From assembly GCA_964460195.1 (NCBI GenBank), contig CAYWPJ010000007.1:1-46713 (forward strand): 46,713 bases of DNA, read 5' to 3'. The notes below the pieces were generated by a model. That model saw only the letters and a list, made by a program, of their open reading frames with translations, ran no database searches and was not told the DNA's origin. Source of the DNA: an uncultured Methanosarcinales archaeon (lineage in GTDB: Archaea; Nanobdellota; Nanobdellia; Woesearchaeales; GW2011-AR9). The first letter of the stretch is position 1, and every line of letters begins with the position of its first letter. Below, piece by piece: positions 35,062 through 44,007 of this stretch. The position numbers were made by a program, and so were the translations under genes.

Positions 35062-35781
35062 TTATGGGATCGCCGTTTTCCATAAACTTTCAAAGAATTC
35101 TATTTGGCTTTTACATAATTGTTCTGATTTGATTAAAATTCCTGTTGGTTTCTCTCCCCATGATATCATCGCCATTTTGTTGTTGCAAATGCTAATGTTT
35201 GAAGGGATTTGATGGTCTACATATTTCATCTTCAAAACCTTCCTGTTCTCAAATAGAAATTCTAATTCTTTTCTTGCAATTCCTCTAACGATTAAACCTT
35301 TATTTTTTCTCTTGGCATCATATTTTTCAAAAAATTTCTGAATTTCTACATTTAAACCAGACTCATCCATAGCAAAAAAATAATAATTATCTTTTGGCTT
35401 TGCGTCTTCAATAAGTTCATTGAGAAGATTTATCATTCCCTTTATACCCTCAAAAATCTCTGCCTGGGGCTTTTCTTGTGCAAACTTATGTTTTTGCTCC
35501 AATGATGACAAAATACCTTCAAATTTAGCTTCCTTTTCTTTGAATTCTTTAAGAATATTTTTTGGATCAACTGCCTGATAAATTTTGATTTTTCCTTTTA
35601 GGATATAGGTAATATACCCTTTCTCTTTGAGTGAATTCAAGGTATTATGTATGGTTGAACTTTGTAATCCTGATTTTTCAATAATTCTACCTACTTTAAC
35701 AGAACCTAACTCTAACAAGAGCAAGTAAACCTTAGCTTCCGCATAGGTAAATCCCAAATTCTCGAGTATTTCTTCTTTCAT
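35062..35781 (-). CDS. TrmB-family transcriptional regulator
   Basis: LENLGFTYAEAKVYLLLLELGSVKVGRIIEKSGLQSSTIHNTLNSLKEKGYI is the TrmB wHTH. A C-terminal effector-like domain follows. Confidence 0.75.
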   Translation of the reverse strand: MKEEILENLGFTYAEAKVYLLLLELGSVKVGRIIEKSGLQSSTIHNTLNSLKEKGYITYILKGKIKIYQAVDPKNILKEFKEKEAKFEGILSSLEQKHKFAQEKPQAEIFEGIKGMINLLNELIEDAKPKDNYYFFAMDESGLNVEIQKFFEKYDAKRKNKGLIVRGIARKELEFLFENRKVLKMKYVDHQIPSNISICNNKMAMISWGEKPTGILIKSEQLCKSQIEFFESLWKTAIP

Positions 35782-35877
35782 TAAATAGGAATTGCCCTCG
35801 AACTATTTAAAGCTTTCTATAAACTCTCCAACATTGGTGAGTCATTATTTATATACCTATCATGTTGCTACTCAATT

Positions 35878-36954
35878 ATGACAAATAAAACTGAGACAAA
35901 CGGATTTTCAGAAAACCCATTTATGATTGGGTACGATAATAGAATCTTTGAGGGAGATGAAACTCTCGGCTTCAGATTCCCGGATGGAAAATTAATAACT
36001 TCACAATCATTTGTTCCATTAGAAGAGATTGTTAGAGGAGTGAGAACCGGATATCCTACTTTTCTAAATCTGGGCGATTCTTCAACAAGTGGATGGAATA
36101 GCAATAGAACATTCAAAAGAAACCAAGATCCAAATGCCCCGTTTTTCAGTTACAAAACATATTCTACGTTACTAGAAAAGCAATTATTTGCCAATGTGTT
36201 TAATGCAGGAGTTCCCGGATACACAAGTCATCAGGGAAAGAAATACCTCGACTTACTTCTTAAAAAACTTTCAAGAAGCGGAGTGAAAATTGATTATGTA
36301 ACCATTTACTTAGGTAATAACGATTGCACATATAATCAACATGAAGATAAGGTTAGATTGGATGCAAAAATGCCTTCTGAATCTTCACGAGGCGAAAGAG
36401 TAACCATTGAAGATTATAAAAGAAATATTAGGAACATGATAGAGACTTGCATTGATTATGGAGTTAAGCCCATTTTGATTGTTCCGGCAGTCCATTATGA
36501 TTGGGAACCCGGAATAAGAGCAGACAAGCATAGAGAAGAATCTCTTGAAGTTTTGAGAAATTTAGGCAATAGCCAATTAACCGAGGAATTAGAGAGGGCC
36601 GGAGTATTGTATGAAGATGGCAAATATGAACAATCCTGCGAAACAGACAGAGTATTGCCAAGATTAAAATCTTCATACAGAAAAGCTCTCTTAAAAATTG
36701 CTAGACAAACAAGTACAGATTTAATTGATATACAGAATGAAATTCCTTTAACAGATAATGATGAATATTTTGCCGATTATTGCCATCCTTTGGAAAAAAC
36801 CAACCAAATGATTGTTGATAAAATTAGAGAAATAAGAAATAGAGACTTGTTTTATAGACCAATTTTTAAAAAAATTAAAGATTTTTTTGGATTAAGCAAT
36901 ACCAAGAAGAAACCAACGGATGGGCCACCATCGGATATTTATACTCTTTACTAA
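35878..36954 (+). CDS. SGNH/GDSL-family hydrolase
   Basis: Block I LNLGDSSTSGW. Block III YLGNNDC. Block V DYCHPL (DxxH). Confidence 0.7.
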   Translation: MTNKTETNGFSENPFMIGYDNRIFEGDETLGFRFPDGKLITSQSFVPLEEIVRGVRTGYPTFLNLGDSSTSGWNSNRTFKRNQDPNAPFFSYKTYSTLLEKQLFANVFNAGVPGYTSHQGKKYLDLLLKKLSRSGVKIDYVTIYLGNNDCTYNQHEDKVRLDAKMPSESSRGERVTIEDYKRNIRNMIETCIDYGVKPILIVPAVHYDWEPGIRADKHREESLEVLRNLGNSQLTEELERAGVLYEDGKYEQSCETDRVLPRLKSSYRKALLKIARQTSTDLIDIQNEIPLTDNDEYFADYCHPLEKTNQMIVDKIREIRNRDLFYRPIFKKIKDFFGLSNTKKKPTDGPPSDIYTLY

Positions 36955-37044
36955 ATGGCGATCTCTCTGTTTTTAACGAGTAAAAATCCCCCTCGCAGCA
37001 GAGCGGCGGGTTTTTAGATCCCTTTTTGTTGAATAAATCTCTCC

Positions 37045-37752
37045 TTAGCTGCTTTTAACTTCTCTCAAAACTTCTTTCTCTTCAGCCTTAACGCCTAATT
37101 TCCGGAAAAAGCCGCAAATATTCCTGACATCCCTCTCCAGCAATTCCTCGGAATTGGGAGTCTTCACCAGCGTCGCCTGGGAAAAATCAATAAAGTAAGG
37201 CTTCTCCTGATAATTGAGGATGTTAAAAGAAGATAAATCACCATGAATTAAACCCTCTTGGTAAAGTTTCTTCATATCGGAAACAACTTCCTCAAAGAAT
37301 TTTCCCGGATTTTTCGGATAAACATCTTTCAGTGCCGGAGCGGCTTCCTCATCGCCGATGAATTCCTCGACTAAGATGTTGTCCTTGAAAGCAATTGCTC
37401 GGGGGACGTTGACCCGGGCTTCCTCGGCAAATTTCAGGTTCCGGAATTCCCGCTGCGTCCAGGCAAAGATGATTTCCCTCCTTCTTTTCTGCAGATGCAG
37501 GTAGCGGGTATCTTTCCTGATGTAACTAAACATCTTGTTGAAATTACAGTCCTGGAGATGGTAAATTTTAACGATTAATTTCCTGCCTTCTTTAACTGCG
37601 ATAAATACATTGCTTTCTTTGCCGACTTTCAAAGGAGAAACTAATTCGTCAAAGACCCCTTTTGATTGTAAAACAAAAAGATTCCGATTAGTTAGCTCGT
37701 CGAAGACGCCTTTAATGGTTTTAAACCGTTCCTGGTATTTAAGAGTGACCAT
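37045..37752 (-). CDS. rio1: RIO-type serine protein kinase (Rio1-like, no N-terminal wHTH)
   Basis: VGKESNVFIA (P-loop-like), catalytic LIHGDLSSFNIL, metal-binding IDFSQA. 235 aa. Confidence 0.8.
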   Translation of the reverse strand: MVTLKYQERFKTIKGVFDELTNRNLFVLQSKGVFDELVSPLKVGKESNVFIAVKEGRKLIVKIYHLQDCNFNKMFSYIRKDTRYLHLQKRRREIIFAWTQREFRNLKFAEEARVNVPRAIAFKDNILVEEFIGDEEAAPALKDVYPKNPGKFFEEVVSDMKKLYQEGLIHGDLSSFNILNYQEKPYFIDFSQATLVKTPNSEELLERDVRNICGFFRKLGVKAEEKEVLREVKSS

Positions 37753-37763
37753 TAAGAAGGGTA

Positions 37764-39188
37764 TTAATCAGCAAGTTTATATGTTTTTTTGTTGTCAACA
37801 TAGCCCAGAGAAAGTAAAGCAGCCCTGACTTTCTCATGTCTTTCGCTTAGTAAGAAATCCCGTGCCAGGTCAATCTCGTGCACCACTTCTTTTTTTTCCC
37901 CATCAGCCAAAGCCTGCAGTCTTTTATCCGCTTCATTCAGTATCCTTTCCTCAAAACCCAAACCCCGCACGGGGGAATAATAAGCAGAGGTTACTTTAAT
38001 CATTCTTTCATTTTCTCCAAAGAGCAAGACATAACGGGCGACTGTTTTAGTCGTGGTTTCATCTCGGTGAACGAGACCGGTCAAAGTAAGCTGGTTTTTC
38101 TCTTCCCTGGCTTCGATGGTGAGATTCTTTTTTAGGAAATAATACTTTGGGACGGAAGGCTTGACCACCGCTTTCACTTCATGACAAACAGGCCGGCCAT
38201 TTAAACCTAGGATGTTATAAGAACAAGCAAAACAGCGGCTCCGGTTGGGAGGAAATTCCTCTTTGGCCACTTTTTCTAAAAATGTGTCAGTATCACGTTT
38301 CAGCTGATCTAAATGCCGGCTATTCCTTCTCGTTTCCCTGAACAAATCTTTGGTAGCATTGAAATGCCGGTAAGTAATTCTTTCATCGAGCCCTTCACCC
38401 CAGCCGTCCGCTAAGGCGCCATTTACCCTAAACTTGATCCTCAGCAAAGGATAACGGTGGACGAAGGTCTGGAAGGCTAGGATTCTCAAAGTAACCAAAG
38501 AACTGGTTTCAAGATCACTTTTGGCTCTGTCTTTTTCAAAATCTAGGTTAAATCCCCATAGAGCAGGATCGTCAATCATCGGGCCAGGGCGAATCTCGGG
38601 AAATTTAACGGCATAAAAATGGCCGTTAAATTCCAGAGCCAACTCTTTATCCATGAAACCAAGGACGGGAGCGCCCCGGGATAAAATAAACCGGTAATAA
38701 TTCTCGCCGGCCGTTTGCAGCTCTTTTGCTCCCAGATAAGGCTGGCTTGCAAAGTTCCAAGCCAAATCGCTCCCGGCGTAACTCCCTCTATCAGCGATTT
38801 GCAGCCAAGTGCCGAAGAGGGAGCCGCCAAACTTCTCCGGAGAAGAGCTGGCCAAATATTCCTTCAGCTCGCCGGCGGTCATCTCCTCGGCCGTTTTAAG
38901 TTCCGGCCCCGCACAAGTTTGAAAAGGAAAAATTCTTCCGATTTTAGCATCCCTTAAATTAAATAATCTTCGCCGGGCGTGGCCAAAAAACAGAGCCTGG
39001 GCGGCAAAAGCCGAGCGGGGGATTTTAGCTAACCCCATATGCTTTTTTAAGTAATAAGAATAAGGGCATTTGAAAATTAGTTTCAAATCTGATTCTGAAA
39101 TAACCTCTTTCCCACTCCGGCCAAAAAGGTCTAAACTTCTCGAACCAAAAGGTTCATCGTCAAACAAATCATCAATTGTATCCGCCAT
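37764..39188 (-). CDS. Uncharacterised protein with a Cas4/AddB-like 4-Cys arrangement (tentative PD-(D/E)xK-type nuclease)
   Basis: N-terminal SESDLKLIFKCPYSYYLKK resembles the Cas4/RecB-family N-terminal Cys motif. Distal CFAC-x12-C (RSRCFACSYNILGLNGRPVCHE). The core nuclease motifs could not be assigned confidently. A 1-nt gap separates it from the upstream MBL gene. Confidence 0.35.
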   Translation of the reverse strand: MADTIDDLFDDEPFGSRSLDLFGRSGKEVISESDLKLIFKCPYSYYLKKHMGLAKIPRSAFAAQALFFGHARRRLFNLRDAKIGRIFPFQTCAGPELKTAEEMTAGELKEYLASSSPEKFGGSLFGTWLQIADRGSYAGSDLAWNFASQPYLGAKELQTAGENYYRFILSRGAPVLGFMDKELALEFNGHFYAVKFPEIRPGPMIDDPALWGFNLDFEKDRAKSDLETSSLVTLRILAFQTFVHRYPLLRIKFRVNGALADGWGEGLDERITYRHFNATKDLFRETRRNSRHLDQLKRDTDTFLEKVAKEEFPPNRSRCFACSYNILGLNGRPVCHEVKAVVKPSVPKYYFLKKNLTIEAREEKNQLTLTGLVHRDETTTKTVARYVLLFGENERMIKVTSAYYSPVRGLGFEERILNEADKRLQALADGEKKEVVHEIDLARDFLLSERHEKVRAALLSLGYVDNKKTYKLAD

Positions 39189-39189
39189 T

Positions 39190-40749
39190 TTAACCTATCG
39201 TGAATTTTTCTCCTCGCTGTGGAATAATTACCTTGGTGTGGCTGGCCACGTCTTCGACGAAATAAAATGGATTCTGGCAGTGATAGACGATGATGGGGCA
39301 ATTGAACTTTCTGAGGAGCTCCCTGGTTTCCCTTCGGTTCAGATGCCCGGTCACGTGGACCTGATGCATCTTTCTCTCTATGGTTGGGGTTAAATAATCT
39401 CTTTGAATGCCATCATACATCCCAAAAGCTTTAAGGAGATTTATTTGGCGCTCTTCCTGGATGGCCATCTCCGGCGTCCAGGGGGCGGGGTGGGAACGGA
39501 TGTAAATACTATTTTCCGCCGGCCGGATTTCTTCCAGCATCTCCGGCATGTAACTGAAAGGCATGAAAACCAGGAACTGGTTTTGGTTTTCCCTGATGTC
39601 TTCAACCGAAACTCTCTGAACTTTAGAAGCATGGCCTTCCCACCTGGCCATTTCCAGAAACCGGCGCTCCCAATAAAAATAGTCACCGGCAACCATTTCA
39701 TCAGGATACCCTTCCCGGTCGAGCAGGCCTTTTCTTTTCCGCGGCAGATAAACCCCAATATACTTCCAGTCCATCCGGGGAAAGCCATACTGGCCGTCAA
39801 ACATTTTCAGAGCCAGGACCTGGGCCGGGTTGACAATCAGCATTCTCCTGTTGGCCTTGGCGGCCCGGTAGAGCGAAGTCAGGCGGTCAAAATCCCGGGG
39901 AGGGAAGGCAATGGCGGCAAAGGCTTTCCCTTTCAATAACCGGGACACTGCTTCAGATACATCGTCTTCCGTCCCCTCATGGTCAAAATGCAGCAAAGAG
40001 CCTTCCCACATCAGGTAATCAACTTTTTGCTCAAGCAAAGCTTCCACAAAGCGTTCGGTGTCTTCCGGCCTTCTCCCCCTCTTCCTGATATCGCCGCTGA
40101 TGCCCATTTTCCCGGCCGACGTTTCCACGATGAAGCCGCAGGAACCAGGCAAAGAGTGGTCGATGGGATAAGGGATGGCACTAATATTACCAACCTTAAA
40201 CGGCTTTCCTTCCTCAAACAGCTTAATCTCCCGGCGGACCTGCGCCTCCAGACCGGAAGCAAAGCGTTCTCCTCCGGTCGTTTTGGGAAGTTTGGAAAAA
40301 TTATAGAAAAGGTCGACAAACTGGTTGACTGTCCTTCCGCTGGTGTACTGCCAGACCCACAATATCTGCTTGGCGGTGGGATGCATAAAGACCGGCAGGT
40401 CGTGCCTCACCAAGGTCAGGCCGCCGATGTGGTCGTAATGGGCGTGGCTGACAAGGATTCCGGCTAGGGGCAGCTCTCCATTCTCCCTCCTCCGAAAAGT
40501 TTCGTAGTCAGAGCGGTAAAGCCCTTCCAAAGGCGGATACAGCTGTAAAAATTCAGACAGGGCCAAAGCATCGAATCCTTTCGGCCGGTAAGGAAAACCA
40601 TAAAATTCGCTGGTATGATCCGGGCGCTGGCCGCATTCAAAAAGAAACTTAGTCTGCCTTTCCGGATCATGAAAGAGAACCTGGACCCCGCCTAACTCCC
40701 CCAATTCGTTGTCTCCCGCTCCACCAAAAAAAGTCAGTTCCAAAGCCAT
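39190..40749 (-). CDS. Metallo-beta-lactamase/beta-CASP-like nuclease (second RNase J-like paralogue)
   Basis: ILVSHAHYDHIGG (HxHxDH), IDHSLPGSCGF, ISGDIR, and C-terminal HVTGHLNRRE and IIVYHC, resembling beta-CASP motifs B and C. 519 aa. Confidence 0.65.
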   Translation of the reverse strand: MALELTFFGGAGDNELGELGGVQVLFHDPERQTKFLFECGQRPDHTSEFYGFPYRPKGFDALALSEFLQLYPPLEGLYRSDYETFRRRENGELPLAGILVSHAHYDHIGGLTLVRHDLPVFMHPTAKQILWVWQYTSGRTVNQFVDLFYNFSKLPKTTGGERFASGLEAQVRREIKLFEEGKPFKVGNISAIPYPIDHSLPGSCGFIVETSAGKMGISGDIRKRGRRPEDTERFVEALLEQKVDYLMWEGSLLHFDHEGTEDDVSEAVSRLLKGKAFAAIAFPPRDFDRLTSLYRAAKANRRMLIVNPAQVLALKMFDGQYGFPRMDWKYIGVYLPRKRKGLLDREGYPDEMVAGDYFYWERRFLEMARWEGHASKVQRVSVEDIRENQNQFLVFMPFSYMPEMLEEIRPAENSIYIRSHPAPWTPEMAIQEERQINLLKAFGMYDGIQRDYLTPTIERKMHQVHVTGHLNRRETRELLRKFNCPIIVYHCQNPFYFVEDVASHTKVIIPQRGEKFTIG

Positions 40750-40848
40750 TCCTGTTCTTAAATGGGCGCTTCTTTATATTTCTTTTGCTACTTTGGGATA
40801 ACAAAATAACCACAACATTTAAATATAAGCACTACTTTTTGGTGATTA

Positions 40849-41065
40849 ACACCTCAAACCACCTCTTTTCCTCGGCATGTCCTTCGGGGCCTGTCGAGGT
40901 TTTTCCTTTCCAGAAAAAAGGACTTTTCCGGAGAAACAGAAGAGAGGTGGGAAAAGTTTATATATCACCTTACTCCTTAGGAAAGAGCCCGCCACAGAGA
41001 TTACCTGTGAGAGTTCACGGCTATCGCCAAACAATGAACTCAGGGGTTAGTGGTGTGGCATCATA
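40849..41065 (+). ncRNA. Candidate structured non-coding RNA (family not identified)
   Basis: GC-rich island in a 560-nt intergenic region. TATA-like tttaaatata at 40818-40827. Helices: ccacctcttttc/gaagagaggtgg enclosing cctcggcatgtcc-UUCG-gggcctgtcgagg; cacag/ctgtg; gagttca/tgaactc (7 bp); gccac/gtggc closing a multi-helix junction. Confidence 0.3.
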
Positions 41066-41172
41066 TTTACCAACGAGATTCAGAAAATAGTACCTATCAT
41101 CAAATTAAAGAATCACCAAATAAGTTTAAATTAAGGATTGTGGGGATTGAGTGAAAGGTTCTATTTTCTATA

Positions 41173-41216
41173 AAATAAAATTAAATTAAATAAAATTAAA
41201 TTAAATAAAATAAGAA
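41173..41216. repeat. AT-only 15-nt tandem repeat (aaataaaattaaatt, about 2.8 copies)
   Basis: Read directly from the sequence, about 100 nt upstream of the dnaG start. Confidence 0.8.
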
Positions 41217-41316
41217 AGGTATCGATTATCATGCTTACCAAAATCATCATTGTGGACTTGCCTTGGATTGATTTTAAAGCCTGGTAGGATACTTTTTCTT
41301 TAGGAGGAAGATAAAA

Positions 41317-42624
41317 ATGGCAAAGATAAGCCCAGTAGCAGCGAAATATATTGTTCATTCAATCATTAAAATTGATGGTGTGGTTGACCGGCCCGATGTC
41401 ATCGGCGCCATTTTCGGCCAGACCGAGGGCCTTTTAGGCAGCGACTTGGAATTGAGAGAGCTGCAGAGAAGCGGCCGGATTGGCCGGATTGAAGTCAATG
41501 TTAACACCAGCTCCGGCAAGACTTCGGGAGAGATTATCATCCCCAGCTCTTTGGACAAGACGGAAACTGCTATTGTCGCCGCCGCCCTGGAAATCATCCA
41601 GCGGATTGGCCCCTGCACTGCCAAGGTCGAAGTAACTAAGTTAGAAGATGTCCGGGTCAGCAAACGGCTGTTTGTCATCGAGCGGGCTAAAGCCTTGCTG
41701 AAAGAGCTGACCGAGAAAACCCTGCCGGATTCCCAAGAGCTGGCTGATGAAGTCGCTCAGTCTGTCCGGATGACGGAAGTGGTGGAGTACGGGCGTGAGA
41801 AACTGGCAGCCGGGCCGGGCATTGATGAAAACGAAGAGTTGATTATCGTTGAAGGCCGGGCCGATGTCCTCAACCTGCTGAAGCACGGATTCAAGAATGT
41901 CATCGCCATGGACGGCACTTCCTGTCCGCAGACGGTCAAAGAGCTGACCAAGAAGAAAACAGCCGTTGTTTTTGTCGACGGCGACCGGGGCGGGGATTTG
42001 ATTGTAAGGGCCTTGCTGAGCACGACAGAAGTAGATTTCGTCTGCAAAGCGCCCGACGGCAAGGAAGTCGAGGAGATCACCAAGAAGGAGATTCACAAGG
42101 CTTTGAGGGGCCGGATTACCGCCGAGCAGGCGAGGATGGATTTAGGCATCGATGAGCAGGGCGCCCTGAAAGAAGAGCCGGAAGCCCGGCGGCATTTTTC
42201 CCAGCACTCTCCGCTGAGAAGGCCGGAGATGAGGCCGGAAATTAGGCCAGAAATGAGACCGGAAGTGAGGCCGGCTTTGCGGCCGGCGGTAAGCGCTCCT
42301 CTGCGTCCGGTCGTCCAGCGGGAGAGAAAGCTTTCTCCGGAAGAGAAGAAAATTTTTAAGGAAACCTTAGATGATCTTTTTGGGACAAGGGGGGCTTGCA
42401 TCTTCGACCAGAAGCTGAACGTCCTGGGGAAGGTTCCTTTAAGCGAGTTAAGTTCGACGGTCAAGAGCCTGAACGGGGGGATTTATGCCCTGGCTTTGGA
42501 CGGCACAGTCGACATTGAGCTGGTCAAAACGGCCGAAAGGCTGGGCATTACCCATGTGGTCGGCACGAGCGCCAAAGTCAGCGCTTCACCCAGCGTCAAT
42601 GTGCTGACTGAAGATAAGCTTTAA
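41317..42624 (+). CDS. dnaG: Archaeal DnaG primase (Toprim; exosome-associated type)
   Basis: KYIVHSIIKIDGVVDRPDVIGAIFGQTEGLLG...LQRSGRIGRIEV is the archaeal DnaG N-terminus. Toprim motifs IIVEGRADVLNLLKHG and VDGDRGGDLI. Confidence 0.9.
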   Translation: MAKISPVAAKYIVHSIIKIDGVVDRPDVIGAIFGQTEGLLGSDLELRELQRSGRIGRIEVNVNTSSGKTSGEIIIPSSLDKTETAIVAAALEIIQRIGPCTAKVEVTKLEDVRVSKRLFVIERAKALLKELTEKTLPDSQELADEVAQSVRMTEVVEYGREKLAAGPGIDENEELIIVEGRADVLNLLKHGFKNVIAMDGTSCPQTVKELTKKKTAVVFVDGDRGGDLIVRALLSTTEVDFVCKAPDGKEVEEITKKEIHKALRGRITAEQARMDLGIDEQGALKEEPEARRHFSQHSPLRRPEMRPEIRPEMRPEVRPALRPAVSAPLRPVVQRERKLSPEEKKIFKETLDDLFGTRGACIFDQKLNVLGKVPLSELSSTVKSLNGGIYALALDGTVDIELVKTAERLGITHVVGTSAKVSASPSVNVLTEDKL

Positions 42625-42909
42625 TCTTTTTACCGGCTTGACACGTTGCTCCAATACATGACGCATAAAAATTGACACTCCGTTTGCCATACTAGTGGGC
42701 GATAAGAACTTCCCAAACGTATTTCATAGAACTCAAATTTTATTGAACTTAATGGTGTTATGTCGCCGAGGCTTTAAGTGAGCCGCCATACATAAAGTTA
42801 TCAGAACTGCGGCGAACGTGCCTCGGTCGAGGCGTAGCCGAGAAGTTTTTTGTCGTCGTGCAGAGAAACACTGGCACTGTCTTTGATTAATTGTCGTTAG
42901 GGTGGGGCG

Positions 42910-43167
42910 CTAGTCAAGATTTTTGTATATGTTCTTTCTATGCCCGATAATTGTTACTTTAATCGTGTTGTTCCCCTGATCAAGGTCAGCAATAATCCTA
43001 TAATCGCCAACTCGAAGTTTATAGTCGGTTCTCCCCGTCAATCTTTCAAAGAAGTGAAATGGATTTTCTTTTGTTGAGATAAGCTTGTTGAAAATTCTTT
43101 CTTTTACATCTTTTGGAAGCTTGTTCAGGAATTCTATTGCTTCATCATCGAAAATGAGTTCATACAT
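42910..43167 (-). CDS. RelE/ParE-family type II toxin
   Basis: MYELIFDDEAIEFLNKLPKDVKERIFNKL...YKLRVGDYRIIADLDQGNNTIKVTIIGHRKNIY. It is a paralogue of 14205..14453. Confidence 0.8.
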   Translation of the reverse strand: MYELIFDDEAIEFLNKLPKDVKERIFNKLISTKENPFHFFERLTGRTDYKLRVGDYRIIADLDQGNNTIKVTIIGHRKNIYKNLD

Positions 43168-43418
43168 TACAATCCCAGCCTCTTTCGTGCTTCTGCTTCA
43201 GTTAGAAACTTTCCTCTTTTTATTCTTTCTCGTGCTTTTTCAATAGCTTGGATGGTTTCTTGACTAAGTTCAGGTTCAGTCTTGCAGGTTTTAGCTATAA
43301 ATACCACTTTCTTAATAACTTCGTCATAACTTTCATTTTTATATTCTCGAAATTGGTCTAATTCAAGCTTTGTATCTTCATGAATTTTTAGGGTTGTAGT
43401 TGTGTCCATAGTTCTCAC
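43167..43418 (-). CDS. Cognate antitoxin
   Basis: 83 aa with a 1-nt overlap with the toxin gene. C-terminal IKRGKFLTEAEARKRLGL is typical of RelE-partner antitoxins. Confidence 0.6.
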   Translation of the reverse strand: MRTMDTTTTLKIHEDTKLELDQFREYKNESYDEVIKKVVFIAKTCKTEPELSQETIQAIEKARERIKRGKFLTEAEARKRLGL

Positions 43419-43457
43419 CGTTTACTTTGGTATACCTAAGTATATTTAAATGTTTTG

Positions 43458-43972
43458 TTACTTTTTTGCTGTTTCCCACAAAATGTCAAAATATCGCTTA
43501 TATGACTTGGCGACTTCTTCCGATTCTATGAGGATCACTGAAGGCTGTTCAGAGTAAATGAAGATGGCGACTTTATTGCCGTAAATCTCAGTAAAAGTTA
43601 AGTCCTCAAATGATTTAGAGATAAAACGAACTTCTGTTAATGGGAGTTTTTTCTTTTCTTGAGCAAAAGTACTTTTATCGAAGATAACTTTGAATTTTAT
43701 TCCTGCTTTAACTCGTGCTTCAATGATTTTAGGAAAATCCCATTTGAGAGCTTTCTCACTAAGACCAGCAGCTCCATAAGCATAATTGTTTTTCTCGTTC
43801 TAACAATATCGTTCAGAACTGTCTTTAATCCCTCTTTACCTGTGTAGACACATAAGGACATAACTATTACGTGATCCCTGCTTAATGAAATATTCATATT
43901 TATGAAACCAAGACGAACCGATACAAAGCGCAGACTAAAAAAAGTAATCCCCTTCCGCCTGCCTTTCACCAC
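43458..43972 (-). pseudogene. Frameshifted remnant of a TrmB-C-terminal-domain-like gene
   Basis: Frame 1 (43697..43972) reads ...GKEGLKTVLNDIVRTRKTIM. A second frame ending at stop 43458 reads AYGAAGLSEKALKWDFPKIIEARVKAGIKFKVIFDKS...PSVILIESEEVAKSYKRYFDILWETAKK. This parallels ...GILIKSEQLCKSQIEFFESLWKTA of the TrmB-like protein at 35062..35781. Confidence 0.5.
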
Positions 43973-44007
43973 AACCTTTATTACTTTCTCTGATTTAACT
44001 ACTCTCT

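Noticed and set aside
40975-41035. RNase P RNA, based on the CR-I-like uaGGAAAGagCCcGCC and a CGGCUAU segment resembling CR-V
   Set aside because: The two segments are only ~30 nt apart. The P4 pairing is poor, and no specificity-domain or P1-P3 architecture could be fitted. The region is kept only as an unclassified structured-RNA candidate.
41161-41358. 65-aa minus-strand ORF ending in LILFNLILFNLILF
   Set aside because: It is a translation of the AT-only 15-nt tandem repeat, and it overlaps the dnaG start.
42625-42909. Possible terminal repeats pairing 42625-42909 with 45355-45590, which would bracket the TA / pseudogene / HerA block as a mobile element
   Set aside because: Only short shared words (aactgcgg, gtcgcc, ccaaacg) were found. 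They are not collinear in either orientation.
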